Below are positions 25,233 to 36,223 of a DNA stretch of 64,000 nt, piece after piece. A model generated the notes under the pieces. The model saw nothing but the letters and a program-made list of their open reading frames with translations. It was not told where the DNA came from and did not search any database. The number at the start of each line of letters is the position of its first letter. Position 1 is the stretch's first letter. The position numbers were made by a program, and so were the translations under genes. Source of the stretch: Tubulanus polymorphus (taxonomy: Eukaryota > Animalia > Nemertea); contig NC_134036.1 of NCBI RefSeq assembly GCF_964204645.1, forward strand, positions 9,713,859 through 9,777,858, written 5' to 3'.

Positions 25233-25575
25233 ATGTTCGGTCGTTTCTATTCAGAATGAATATATAATTATGATTAACGCATGCGCATTAAGCAAAAGCG
25301 CTCCTATAAGAGCGGTTTTGCCTAATGCGAACACGTTTTGATATTTTATGTCGATCGTTTCTATTTACATAATTATATATTCATTATGTAAATATAATTA
25401 TGATTAACGCATGTGCATTGATCAAAAGCGCGCACGAATGCGCGGTTTGCTCAGTTGTATGATTTTGATATTTTCTGTGTTCGGTCGTTTCTATTTCTAG
25501 AATGAATATATAATTATGATTAACGCATGCGCATTAAGCAAAAGCGCGCATGAATGCGCGGTTTTGCCCAGTGGT
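25233..25575. repeat. Three ~125-bp tandem units with palindromic cores
   Basis: Repeated TCGTTTCTATT...ATATAATTATGATTAACGCATG(C/T)GCATT..CAAAAGCGC...GCGGTTT. Confidence 0.85.
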
Positions 25576-25707
25576 ATTATTTAGATATCAAGGAATCGAA
25601 ACAACTTATCAAAAGCAGCGAGGAATGAAAAAGGATGACGTTAGTCGGAGAAATGGAAGAGGATTCTAAAATTATTAACCAATTTAGTAAAAAAATATGT
25701 ATAATAA

Positions 25708-26376
25708 ATGGAACCAGAACAACCACAAACTACCAATATTACAAATAACACTGGCGTTATAAACATATATTACAAGAAATGTTCTAAATGTGAATTAGAT
25801 AAATTAGCTATAACAGAATTTAGTAAGCGTAAGATTAGCAAAGATGGTTTTCAAAATTGTTGTAAAACTTGTACTAAACTATACACCAAACAATATCGAG
25901 AAGATAATATAAAACATTATAATTATTATATGACAAAATATATGAGAGAAAGATATCAAACAGATCTTAATTTTAGATTGAAACAATGCTTAAGGTCTAG
26001 ATTAACACAATTATTCAACAAAGAAACTCATTCAGTTACACTGTCTAATTTATTGGGTTGTTCAGATGAATTTCTCAAATCATGGATTATATTTCAATTC
26101 GATGATAAAATGAATATAGATAATTATGGGGATTATTACCACATTGATCACGTGTTACCAATATCTAAATTTAACATGAATGATGAATACAATAAAAAAC
26201 TTATTTGGAATTGGAAGAATCTAAGGCCTTTAGAAAAGAAAGAAAATCAAACCAAATCTAATAAACTAGATTTTCAGTTATATTCAGAACAGTTAATAAA
26301 GGCAAAGAAATTTATTGATCAATGGAATAATAATCCAAATAATGAACAATACGTTGAGTCTTTAATGAGTGGTTAA
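25708..26376 (+). CDS. HNH endonuclease with N-terminal C4 zinc ribbon
   Basis: CSKC...CKTC; YHIDHVLP...NWKNLRPL...ENQTKSNK His-Me finger; intact. Confidence 0.85.
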   Translation: MEPEQPQTTNITNNTGVINIYYKKCSKCELDKLAITEFSKRKISKDGFQNCCKTCTKLYTKQYREDNIKHYNYYMTKYMRERYQTDLNFRLKQCLRSRLTQLFNKETHSVTLSNLLGCSDEFLKSWIIFQFDDKMNIDNYGDYYHIDHVLPISKFNMNDEYNKKLIWNWKNLRPLEKKENQTKSNKLDFQLYSEQLIKAKKFIDQWNNNPNNEQYVESLMSG

Positions 26377-26602
26377 AGAATAATATATCTCAAATAAAAT
26401 ATAATAAAAATTACATACCTTCAACTATCTATTATTTCTATTTTAATTTTTAATATTTTCTTTTCAAAAAAGAATACTTTATATCACAAATAAAAAATAC
26501 TAAAAAAACAATAACTAATACTAGAATTCTTTAGCTTTAACTAGCTAGTATCATTTGAAGAATACTTATAATATTTTTTTTTGCTTTTTTTCTCTAATAT
26601 AA

Positions 26603-27205
26603 ATGTCAAAGAAATCTAATAAGAATAGTATTGATATTGAAAAGACATTAGATGATTTGGGTATAAGTGATAATAAAGATACAGTTGCAACTAATTGTGC
26701 TCAAGTTAATAACAATATAGATTATGAATACTATTTATATTGTAAGCATCATCTTGAACTATTGATTGCTGGCGGGAAATCTAAGGACTTCTTAGGAAAA
26801 ATAATAACTTTTCAAGAACTAGACTCTATGAAACCCGATAAAGTAATAAAATATTTTAAGATTTATGAAGAGTCAAGATTAGCTAGAATAAACGACTCTA
26901 TAAGTGATGGTATTGTCAAATGTTATTCAAAATTATGTAACCAGTTAATACCAATTGATGATGAAAATAAATTATATAATGATTTGAAAAATGACTATTT
27001 AGTTATGACTGAATTACAAAAATGGGTTGGATATGCTTCATTTCAATTAGGATCGGTTATGACGTTGATTTCTACTGGAGTTATAACATTTTCGAACATC
27101 AAACCTATGGAATATAAATCAGGTAAGAACGAAACAGATGTACTACAAAAAAACGTCGAAACAGAAAATGAATCAGAACAAAAATTAACTAAAATAAATG
27201 AGTGA
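26603..27205 (+). CDS. Polinton hypothetical protein with a hydrophobic C-terminal segment
   Basis: Intact 200-aa ORF preceded by T7-N8-TAAATG. Confidence 0.75.
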   Translation: MSKKSNKNSIDIEKTLDDLGISDNKDTVATNCAQVNNNIDYEYYLYCKHHLELLIAGGKSKDFLGKIITFQELDSMKPDKVIKYFKIYEESRLARINDSISDGIVKCYSKLCNQLIPIDDENKLYNDLKNDYLVMTELQKWVGYASFQLGSVMTLISTGVITFSNIKPMEYKSGKNETDVLQKNVETENESEQKLTKINE

Positions 27206-27542
27206 TGGAGTTAAGAAAAAGGCTAGATCCGAGAAACAAATTAAATGGGCAAGAGAATTAGGTAAAAGATCATCAGAATTAAAAAAAGCTAAGAAAAAGA
27301 AATTAACTGATATAAATGAATCTGATATTGATTCAAATAATAATCCATCTAATTCTTCTAATAGTGGAAGTAATTATAAATTATATATTACAATTGGGTT
27401 AATCACAGTTATTATATTCTCTGGTGTAATATATAAATATAAATTTAAATCTGATTATAAATATGATTCCGATGACAATAAACGTATCATACCAGAAAAT
27501 AAATCAAGTGAAAATAAATCTAAAATATTATTAATGGATTAA
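27198..27542 (+). CDS. Small basic protein with one TM helix
   Basis: Basic N-terminus, then LYITIGLITVIIFSGVIY; TAAATG start. Confidence 0.75.
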   Translation: MSDGVKKKARSEKQIKWARELGKRSSELKKAKKKKLTDINESDIDSNNNPSNSSNSGSNYKLYITIGLITVIIFSGVIYKYKFKSDYKYDSDDNKRIIPENKSSENKSKILLMD

Positions 27543-27545
27543 AAT

Positions 27546-28634
27546 ATGATGAAAAAAGAACAATATTTAAGAGAGTTATATTATAACCCAGAAAGTGAAG
27601 TATCATATTCAAGTGTTTCGGAATTATGGGATAAAATTAAATCTGATAAAGAAAAAATAAAATATAGTGAATTAAAATCATGGTTACAAAATCAACCCAC
27701 ATATCAAATTCATAAAAAGATGGATAAAAAATATTTAACAAGAAAAGTAATGGTTTCATATATTGACCAACAATGGCAAGCTGATTTAATTGATATGAAA
27801 ACCTTAGAAGAATATAACAAAGGATATTTCTGGATACTGAATGTTATAGACATATTCAGTAGATACGCATGGAGTATCCCGATTAAAAATAAAACTGGTA
27901 TAGAAGTTACAAATTCTTTCAAATCTATATTTAAAGAAGCTATCCCAGATGAAATTCAATTTGATGAAGGTAAAGAATTTTATAACAAACATTTTAAAAA
28001 ACTATTAACTGATAACGATGTAGAATATTTTTCAACACATTCAGATAAAAAAGCATCTGTTATAGAAAGATTTAATAAAACATTGAAAACTAGAATGTGG
28101 AAATATTTTACCGCTAATGAAACATATAAATATATCGATGTGTTAGATGATTTAGTTAAAGGTTATAATAATTCTAAACATAGTTCTATAAATATGAAAC
28201 CTATACAAGCTAGAAAAGAAGATAATTCAGAAATAGTTTGGAATAATTTATATGGAGCATTTGTTACACATGATTTTGGAGAACCTAAATTTAAAATAGG
28301 ACAACATGTTAGAATTTCTAAATATCGAAAAACATTTTATAAAGGTTATACCCCTAATTTTACAGAAGAAATATTCAAGATTAAAAAGATAATATTAACT
28401 AAACCATTTGTTTATAAATTGTTTGATTTAAAAGATGAAGAAATATTAGGTTATTTTTATGAACAAGAATTATCATTAGTACCAAATCCAGATGAAATAG
28501 AATACAAAATAGAAAAAGTATTGAAAACAAAAACTCTTAAAGGAAAAAAGTATTCTTTGGTGAAATATAAAGGATATGATGATAAATTTAATGAATGGAT
28601 TTTATCTAGTAAAATTAAAAGAATAAATGAATAA
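27546..28634 (+). CDS. int: Retroviral-type (rve) DDE integrase with C-terminal chromodomain
   Basis: WQADLID, QFDEGKEF and IERFNKTLK catalytic motifs; chromo-like YKIEKVL...LVKYKGYDDKFNEWI; intact. Confidence 0.97.
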   Translation: MMKKEQYLRELYYNPESEVSYSSVSELWDKIKSDKEKIKYSELKSWLQNQPTYQIHKKMDKKYLTRKVMVSYIDQQWQADLIDMKTLEEYNKGYFWILNVIDIFSRYAWSIPIKNKTGIEVTNSFKSIFKEAIPDEIQFDEGKEFYNKHFKKLLTDNDVEYFSTHSDKKASVIERFNKTLKTRMWKYFTANETYKYIDVLDDLVKGYNNSKHSSINMKPIQARKEDNSEIVWNNLYGAFVTHDFGEPKFKIGQHVRISKYRKTFYKGYTPNFTEEIFKIKKIILTKPFVYKLFDLKDEEILGYFYEQELSLVPNPDEIEYKIEKVLKTKTLKGKKYSLVKYKGYDDKFNEWILSSKIKRINE

Positions 28635-29238
28635 AGATTTATTTATATTTGAACCGTATAATATGTTAGTTACTGGAGTTACGAATTGTGGTATAACACA
28701 TTTCATATTAGACTTGTTAGAAACTATTTATAAAAATCATTTTGATAATATAATATTATTCTGTCCTACATATGAAATGAATAAAACATATAATAGAGAT
28801 ATAGTTAAGATAAAAAAGTTTATTATATTAGATCCTAAAACAGTAAAAGAAAATTTAGATAATTGTATAAAAATTACATTAGATATTTATAAAGGATCAA
28901 ATACATTATTTATTATTGATGATTGCGCAAATTTACATGATTCAAAAGTTAGAGAAAGTGAGTTATGTTATTTGGCTTTCTCTGGTAGACATTTTGGGAT
29001 AACAACATGGGTTTTAAATCAGAAATATAATTCAATTGTGAAAGATTTTAGAGAGAATATAAGATTTCTAGTTTTATTTTATAACAAAGATAAAAAATCT
29101 ATGCAACAATCATTGGAAGAAAATCAAATTATACCAACTGAATTACATGATGAATATATGAATAAATTAAAAAATAATAAAGGTTCCAAATTACTTATGA
29201 GATTACAATTTCCATATGAATATAAATTTATAAAATAA
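28627..29238 (+). CDS. A32/FtsK-like DNA-packaging ATPase (Walker A Lys replaced by Ile)
   Basis: GVTNCG[I]T, Walker B FIIDD, SGRH and NQKY motifs. Confidence 0.9.
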   Translation: MNKDLFIFEPYNMLVTGVTNCGITHFILDLLETIYKNHFDNIILFCPTYEMNKTYNRDIVKIKKFIILDPKTVKENLDNCIKITLDIYKGSNTLFIIDDCANLHDSKVRESELCYLAFSGRHFGITTWVLNQKYNSIVKDFRENIRFLVLFYNKDKKSMQQSLEENQIIPTELHDEYMNKLKNNKGSKLLMRLQFPYEYKFIK

Positions 29239-29254
29239 AATCCTAATTCAAAAT

Positions 29255-29776
29255 ATTATAGAATTCACTGTATATTGATGGATGAGTGGATGAATTGGAT
29301 GAATTGGAAGAGTGGATGAATGGAAGAGTGTAATAATATATAATTTACATATGTTTTTTTTATTTTTAAAACAGTAAGAGTTTGATTTGAAGATGTCATA
29401 TAATAATAAATATATTTTTATAAAATAATAAAATGACAGATAATAAATGTCATATAATAATAAATATATTTTCATAAAATAATAAATAATAAAATGATAA
29501 ATAATAAATATATTTTTATAAAATAATAAATATATTTTTATAAAATAATAAATAATAAAATGATAAATAATAAATGTCATATAATAATAAATATATATTG
29601 TGTTGAATTTAATAAAGAATAAAAATATTATATTTATACTCATAATATTCTTCCAATTTATGTGTTAAAAAGTAAAATATATATATTATTATACTCATCC
29701 ACTCTTCCACTCATCCAATTCATCCAACTCTTCCAACTCATCCATTCATCCATCAATATACAGTGAATTCTATAAT
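29255..29776. repeat. Internal inverted repeat enclosing an AT-rich tandem array at the convergence point of the two gene blocks
   Basis: Perfect 31-bp IR (29255-29285 / 29746-29776), extended by TGGA(T/A)GA repeats. Confidence 0.9.
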
Positions 29777-29780
29777 CTTT

Positions 29781-30800
29781 TTAATTTTCATTTTCATATT
29801 TTTCTTTAAGCTTATTGTATTCTAAATTTATATCCATTTGCATTTTCTTTGATATAATTCCTGAAAGATTCCCGAATTTATATTTATAGAATTTTACTTT
29901 TGAAAATATTTTTGGAATATAATTTTCGATTTCAGTTTTAGATGGATGTTTATTTAAAAATTCTCTAAAATCATCATATTTAAGTTCAAATAAGTTCATT
30001 GCATAACTTACATTTGGTTTAAAGTTATCTAACTTTTTCAATATGGTAACTATATCATTACTCGAGAAATAATCTATAAATGTTTTTCTATACCACCGAT
30101 AATCTAATATATTATTATTATTAAATTTTGGATTTATAACTCTTGGATCTTCTATTACATTATCTGTACCAATATGTTTAATTGAGTATTTATGATTCAA
30201 TTGTTTATCATATATTACATATTCTTTACATTTTTCACACCAAGATTTAAATACTTTTATTGCATGGGCTGAATCATTTCCACTTTTTGTTTTTAATTTA
30301 TAATGTTTTGCCCAATTAGCCTTTGTTATACATTCATTACAGAAAGCACAATAATTCTGATCCTCTTTACATTTATCTTTATATATATTGGCATATGTTT
30401 TTACTAATTGTAAAATATGTTCATCTTTTTTGATGTGTAATAAATAATCATTATAATTATCAAAATCTTCTTCACAATACATACATCTGATGTTATCTTT
30501 TGGTTGAACATTTGATTCTTCTATTTTAGGTTCAATATTATCATCATTCGATGTAGAAGGTTCAATATTATCTTCTATTTTTATATCAATATTATCTTTT
30601 ATTTTAGGTTCAATATTATCTTCTATTTTTATATCAATATTATTATTACGTTCAATTAAATATTCTTTGTATTGATTTAATTCATTTAATAAAAATGTTC
30701 CAATATATTCATTTATTCTTTTATAAGGTATTACATAATACAAATCATCATTGATTTCTTTATCAGCTTTGATTCTTTCATATAGTTTACCTCCTTCCAT
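29781..30800 (-). CDS. Multi zinc-finger (C2H2/matrin-like) protein
   Basis: CMYC..H..H, CAFC..H and CEKC..H..H motifs; short DNIEPKI repeats. Confidence 0.75.
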   Translation of the reverse strand: MEGGKLYERIKADKEINDDLYYVIPYKRINEYIGTFLLNELNQYKEYLIERNNNIDIKIEDNIEPKIKDNIDIKIEDNIEPSTSNDDNIEPKIEESNVQPKDNIRCMYCEEDFDNYNDYLLHIKKDEHILQLVKTYANIYKDKCKEDQNYCAFCNECITKANWAKHYKLKTKSGNDSAHAIKVFKSWCEKCKEYVIYDKQLNHKYSIKHIGTDNVIEDPRVINPKFNNNNILDYRWYRKTFIDYFSSNDIVTILKKLDNFKPNVSYAMNLFELKYDDFREFLNKHPSKTEIENYIPKIFSKVKFYKYKFGNLSGIISKKMQMDINLEYNKLKEKYENEN

Positions 30801-30832
30801 TTATTATATATATTTTTATTAAAGTTAAAATT

Positions 30833-32080
30833 TTAATACATAACACTATCTAATTGTGAATTTATAATATTTAATTGCGCGTCAGATATAATATAAATAT
30901 GCATTTTAAAATTTTTAATTCCCTTTTTCTTTTTCATGAATAATTGTATTCCATCTTTTGTATTTTGTAGTTTTTTTCCAGAACCATGTAATGAATTATC
31001 TTCAGTTGTTCTAAAATCTAACCATAATGCATATTTATTACCGGTATAATAATCAATTTGATTAATGTTACAATTTTCAAATGATTTTACTTTTTCATTT
31101 ATAAAATGTTTTCTAATTTCTACCCATTGATCTATCATTCTCATTCCTTGACAAAATATTTTATTCGCTATACCTTCGATAGTTATTTCTACTTTTGTTA
31201 TTTCAGGATTATAATAATTGTCAACATTTATTGCGCCATTAGTATACGTTCCAATAGTAAAAAATATTAATATACCTTTAATAGATCTTCTAGGGAAGTT
31301 AATATTCTCATTTATTATTTCATCATTTGCATTAATAGTTACAGTTTTAAATTTATCAATATAATCATATAATAATGAAAATCCTTGATTGTATTGAGTT
31401 TGAATTATACTTGAAATATTTTCATCAGTTACTGTATCATATTCTAAACATATATTCGATAATTTATAACTCATATCTTTAACAACACTAGATAATACAA
31501 TTTCATTTACAGGAGCAAATGTTATCTCAAATATAATATCTTCTTGAATTGCGTATTTATATAAAGGTGCATTATTATTTATCAATTCAAAGTCTAATGG
31601 AATTTTATATTTGCTTCCATATATACTTTTTATCAATTTATCTACATCATTTGTTAATATTGCGCTATTAGCTTCTGATCTTAATTTATTTTGGTTTTCT
31701 GATTGGATACCTTGAAATATCATATTATTTCTATTTTCTTTAGTTAACCATAAATCTTTATAATGCATAAATAAATTATAATCATCTAATGAGAAAACTG
31801 TTTCTGGACCAATCTTTATTGTTAACTTTTTAATCAAATATCTTCCAACATTATCAACGACATAATTATTATTATTACCGATTACTTTTATATCAGCTGA
31901 TAAATAAATACTATTTGGAACGTAAAAAGTATTTTGTGTTAATCTAGGAATTCTAACGTATAAAGTTTCATCGGGATTAATATTTGAAGGGTTATGAGTA
32001 ATTATATGATGTGATCTTTCTGCTTTAATAGCATTAGATATTCTATGATTCTTAGAAGGATTGATATAACTCCCACTCAT
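30833..32080 (-). CDS. Major capsid protein (double jelly-roll)
   Basis: Intact, beta-rich, 415 aa; NPS.I.P..TLYVRIP, NINFPRRSIKGIL and LWLDFR..DN.LHGSG motifs typical of Maverick MCPs. Confidence 0.85.
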   Translation of the reverse strand: MSGSYINPSKNHRISNAIKAERSHHIITHNPSNINPDETLYVRIPRLTQNTFYVPNSIYLSADIKVIGNNNNYVVDNVGRYLIKKLTIKIGPETVFSLDDYNLFMHYKDLWLTKENRNNMIFQGIQSENQNKLRSEANSAILTNDVDKLIKSIYGSKYKIPLDFELINNNAPLYKYAIQEDIIFEITFAPVNEIVLSSVVKDMSYKLSNICLEYDTVTDENISSIIQTQYNQGFSLLYDYIDKFKTVTINANDEIINENINFPRRSIKGILIFFTIGTYTNGAINVDNYYNPEITKVEITIEGIANKIFCQGMRMIDQWVEIRKHFINEKVKSFENCNINQIDYYTGNKYALWLDFRTTEDNSLHGSGKKLQNTKDGIQLFMKKKKGIKNFKMHIYIISDAQLNIINSQLDSVMY

Positions 32081-32104
32081 TTATTTAACAAAAAAATTAA
32101 TTAT

Positions 32105-33678
32105 TTATTTTTTGATATTTTTTGATATCATATTTACTAAACCAAAAATAATAGCACTTACAACTGTGATTAAAAATAAAATAATATGTTCAGCAGCAAA
32201 GTTAATAATGTTTCCTGCAGATTTCAATATAAAACCAACAATTGAAGCAATAACTCCTGGCAATGCTGCAGCAGATTTTTTAGATAGTTCCCATAAATAT
32301 TTTGCTAATTTCTTTAAACCATCTTTAACTTTATCTTGTATAGAATTATTACTTGGAGGTTTATCTGGTTTATTTGGAGTAGGAGTGGGAGTAGATTTTA
32401 AAGCATTTGATATTGCTAAACCAATTGTTGTAAATAACATAGTTACAGCTGTTAGAATTGAAAGAATTGTTATTCCTTCAAACTTAAATAATAATTTTAT
32501 TCTATCTTTTAATGATATGTCAGAATTTGGTTTTAGTATTAACTCTTTAACAACAACTTTTAATCTATTAATACAATAATCATATGATTTTGATAATAAT
32601 TTCATTTTTTCTTTCTGAAATTCTATGTTATATTCTAAATCATCAATTTCTTTTTCTAAATATGCATTTCTTTTTTTAAATTCAATTTCTTCAATAACTT
32701 TAAATTCTCTATCTAATTTTAATTGTTCTAATTCTTTTCTGGTGTCAAATAATTTATTTTCTAAAGGTTTAATTTTATTATATCTAATATTTTTTTCGCG
32801 CGCAATTTTATCGGCTTCATTTCGTATACTTATTATTTCTCTAATTGTTTTTTTAGAAAACATATTTAAAGCTTCTATTTCTTGATCTGTTGCATCAAGT
32901 AATCCATTCGGTAAAAGTTTTTCAGTTTGAACTTCGTTTGATTTAAGTTTACTAGTTTTGGAAGTTTTATTCAGTAAGTTATCTAAACGTTTTTCTAATT
33001 GTGATTGACTTAAATCATTATCAATTTGTTGAGTGTCTCTTCTCGATGTTTCGGGTGTTGAAGATCTTAATTTATCTCTATTCTCTTCCATTTCCGTTTC
33101 TGGATTATTATCGATTATTTCAAATAATTCATTAATTCTTTGTTTAAATTCTTTTCTATTATTATCTCTTTCTTCTTGTGTAACATCAGTTATTTAATTT
33201 CTATTACTTATTCTCTTAATTCTATCTGGTTCTAACTTAAGCAAAGTTGATTCTGCTAATATTATATTTTGAGTTTTATAAGAGATGTTAAAATAATAAT
33301 CATCTTTCAATTTATAATAATATTCACCATCTAAATATTTTAATTCTTTTACTAAAAGTCTGGCACCTCTGTAATTTATATTATATCCAGATTTTTTACA
33401 TCTTGAAACTTATAAATATATTCAATATTTTCTAAATTTTGTCTTGATAAACCTTGATTTTCATTTTCAGGATTTATTCTCGATCTAGTTCTTCTATCAA
33501 ATTCATCTGTTGATGGGACTTTAGAACCACTATCTGCTAAATTAGAATTATATGCTGATTCATCATCATTATCAATATTAGTTTCATTAAAATCGGTTTG
33601 TGGTTCATCGTCAATATATCCTTCATTATCATTTCCCATGTCATCCAATGGAATATTTTCTACACCTTCTACATCCAT
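32105..33678 (-). pseudogene. ~520-aa coiled-coil and membrane protein, disrupted
   Basis: ORFs 33376-33678 and 32105-33091 are joined by an otherwise open frame, with a frameshift near 33400 and one TAA at 33194-33196; hydrophobic C-terminal helices. Confidence 0.75.
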
Positions 33679-33694
33679 TTACATAATAAAAAAA

Positions 33695-35083
33695 TTAAAA
33701 TTTAAAATATAATATTCCTCCGATTACAATTCCTATACAAGTTATAGCTAATTTAGTATTTTCATGGGATTTATTATCATCATTTAGTTTAATTATATCA
33801 TGTTGAATTTTATCAGTTCTATTATTTTCTGATGTATTGTAATCTTTTATTTTAGAATCATTAACCAATTTAATATTCTTAGTTTTAGTTTCTGTTGATT
33901 GAATGTGTTTTTTATTTTTTTCACCTTCCATTAATTTTGGGGCAGTAATAATCTTTTTATTTATATCATTTAATCCAAATGAATTATTTATTGTTGCAGT
34001 TTTAATTAGATTATTATAACCAATTATATTTCCCATCTTTAATACTAAATCATTAGAAATAATTAATAGATTAGGGCCTATACAATAATTAAGTCTTACA
34101 TGAGATTTATCTAAATAATTTTGATATCTTATAATGTTTTCTGGAATCGATCTATTTTTATCATTATGAATTGAATCTTCAAATAATACTTTAAACTGTT
34201 TTTGTGTATCAAATGATGTATTCAAATTTCCAATTATCGGTGATCTTGTTTCAACTTGTGATCCTAGAATACAAATCAAATAAGTTCTAATAGATTGATT
34301 TATTCTTTCTATACCTGATTTAGTAAAACCTTCACTATTTTCTAAAATAAAATAAACCCAACCATTATTGTTTTCTTGTTTTAAATTATCATAAAATTTT
34401 GGTAATTTATTGAAATTTAATGTTTCTAAATCCTTTGTTTCTATTTTACCATAACCTAATTTTTTATTATAGATATTATAAAAACTATTAGATGGTATGG
34501 GAAGTGCACAATATTCTGCAATCTTTTTAGGGCAAGGAAGTGATCTTATTGTTCCAATTTTTATTCTAAAATCAGAATTATTTATATCTATATTAAATTC
34601 ATTACAAATTTTATAAAACTTTGATAAATTAATATTATTATCTAATTCTTTAAAATATCTAGATCCTGGTAAAGCGCACTCTAATTCATTTAATATTATT
34701 CTGATTTGAAAGTATGTATGAAATCTAAATAAACTTTGAATTAGTTTATATTTAGAATTATTCAAATGATCATTCCAACTTATTCCACATCCTGTTGTTG
34801 CACAATAAACAGCAAAATTTAATTGGTTCTGCCAATACTTCATATTAGATTTTAATAACCATTGTTTTTCATCTTTCAATTTTTTAAAATTAATTAAATA
34901 TACATGAAATATATTTTCCATCTTTGCATTAAAATTATTAGTTTCAGTAACGTTCATTTCTAAATTAGTTAATGAATCTAAAACTTCATTTCTATATGTA
35001 ATATCTTTATTAAAATCTATTGCTGGAATATTATATTTAATTGATTTATTATATCGGAAAGTTTTTGGAAAACTATCTGCCAT
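33695..35083 (-). CDS. Conserved Maverick protein with a C-terminal TM anchor (putative virion protein)
   Basis: Intact 462 aa; WQNQLNFAVYCATTGCG motif; C-terminal LAITCIGIVIGGILYF. Confidence 0.75.
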   Translation of the reverse strand: MADSFPKTFRYNKSIKYNIPAIDFNKDITYRNEVLDSLTNLEMNVTETNNFNAKMENIFHVYLINFKKLKDEKQWLLKSNMKYWQNQLNFAVYCATTGCGISWNDHLNNSKYKLIQSLFRFHTYFQIRIILNELECALPGSRYFKELDNNINLSKFYKICNEFNIDINNSDFRIKIGTIRSLPCPKKIAEYCALPIPSNSFYNIYNKKLGYGKIETKDLETLNFNKLPKFYDNLKQENNNGWVYFILENSEGFTKSGIERINQSIRTYLICILGSQVETRSPIIGNLNTSFDTQKQFKVLFEDSIHNDKNRSIPENIIRYQNYLDKSHVRLNYCIGPNLLIISNDLVLKMGNIIGYNNLIKTATINNSFGLNDINKKIITAPKLMEGEKNKKHIQSTETKTKNIKLVNDSKIKDYNTSENNRTDKIQHDIIKLNDDNKSHENTKLAITCIGIVIGGILYFKF

Positions 35084-35100
35084 TTATATAACTAAAAAAA

Positions 35101-35535
35101 TTAATAATTTATTAATTCTTTTAATAATATATCTTGTTCTTCAACTGTTATATGACCATTTAAACTTATTATATAATCTAGTGTATTCTTCAATTTATTA
35201 ATTTCTTTTATATTAGTTTTAATTTTTTCTTTATTACTTTTTATATTTAATTTTGAACTTATACCAGTTAAAACACTTGAACTTAATCCTAATACACCAA
35301 TTGATATAGCTAAAGGTGTTAATGGACTGAATATTGCTAGAAATGTTATTACAGAACTAATTGTAACCGAACCACTTATAATCAAATAATATATAATTTT
35401 ACTTTTTAAATATTTTTTCTTTTTTATCTTTAAGTCACTTTCAAATTCTAATATTTGTTTTTCTAAATATATTTTTAATTTAGTTTTATTTATATCATGA
35501 GGAATAATATCAATACTATCAACTTTATCTTCCAT
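35101..35535 (-). CDS. Two-TM membrane protein flanked by coiled coils
   Basis: Hydrophobic hairpin at residues ~47-91; TAAATG start. Confidence 0.75.
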   Translation of the reverse strand: MEDKVDSIDIIPHDINKTKLKIYLEKQILEFESDLKIKKKKYLKSKIIYYLIISGSVTISSVITFLAIFSPLTPLAISIGVLGLSSSVLTGISSKLNIKSNKEKIKTNIKEINKLKNTLDYIISLNGHITVEEQDILLKELINY

Positions 35536-35554
35536 TTATTTAGAATAAAAATTA

Positions 35555-35977
35555 CTAATTAGTAAACTTATAAGCAACAAATATAACAATAACTGTTCCA
35601 CCTAAAATCCATATTATTTCATATTTCTGTTGTTCTTTACTCGGGGTATAATAATCTGATAATTTAGGTTTGTATAGATGTAATTTTTCTTTATTGGTTA
35701 CTGTGTTATATAAACTCATAGCATCATCAACTGATTGAAAATCTCTGTGTGAAATCTTCTGATCATATAATTCTTTATTGATGTAATCCATATAGTTTTG
35801 TCTCTTTTCTCTATATTCTTCTGCAGCTTTATTGTATTTCTCTAACGCTAAATTATGTCTTCTTTGTTCTCCTAATGAACTATTTTTATCAATATGTTTA
35901 AATAAATAACCACCACCAGTAAATGCTAAAGCGTTAACAATTGCTGATCCTATAATAGTTATAATTGCAGAAGCCAT
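35555..35977 (-). CDS. Membrane protein with hydrophobic N- and C-termini
   Basis: MASAIITIIGSAIVNALAFTGG...RHNLALE...IIWILGGTVIVIFVAY. Confidence 0.78.
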   Translation of the reverse strand: MASAIITIIGSAIVNALAFTGGGYLFKHIDKNSSLGEQRRHNLALEKYNKAAEEYREKRQNYMDYINKELYDQKISHRDFQSVDDAMSLYNTVTNKEKLHLYKPKLSDYYTPSKEQQKYEIIWILGGTVIVIFVAYKFTN

Positions 35978-36001
35978 TTATTTAGCAAAAAAATTATGCA
36001 T

Positions 36002-36223
36002 TTATATGGGAGGAATATATTTTTGTTTTTCCAAATAATCAATTGTTAAATTAGATAAAGTAACTGCTAATGTTAACTTTAAAATATCATTTATATCAAA
36101 TCTGTCAACATTAACACTTCCCATTTTGAATACTTTTTTTAATACCATTGAATAACCAACAGTTCCAACTGATAGTAATGCGCCATTATATAATCCAGTT
36201 ATTATCCACTTATTAACACTCAT
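36002..36223 (-). CDS. Small hydrophobic protein
   Basis: 73 aa, fits tightly in the gene array, T7-N6-TAAATG start. Confidence 0.7.
   Translation of the reverse strand: MSVNKWIITGLYNGALLSVGTVGYSMVLKKVFKMGSVNVDRFDINDILKLTLAVTLSNLTIDYLEKQKYIPPI

Noticed and set aside
29248-29643. 131-aa I/Y/F-rich ORF
   Set aside because: Translation of the AT-rich tandem array inside the foldback; low complexity and no TAAATG start.
32112-32885. Plus-strand ORFs 32112-32579 and 32625-32885
   Set aside because: Antisense shadows of the minus-strand membrane protein gene.
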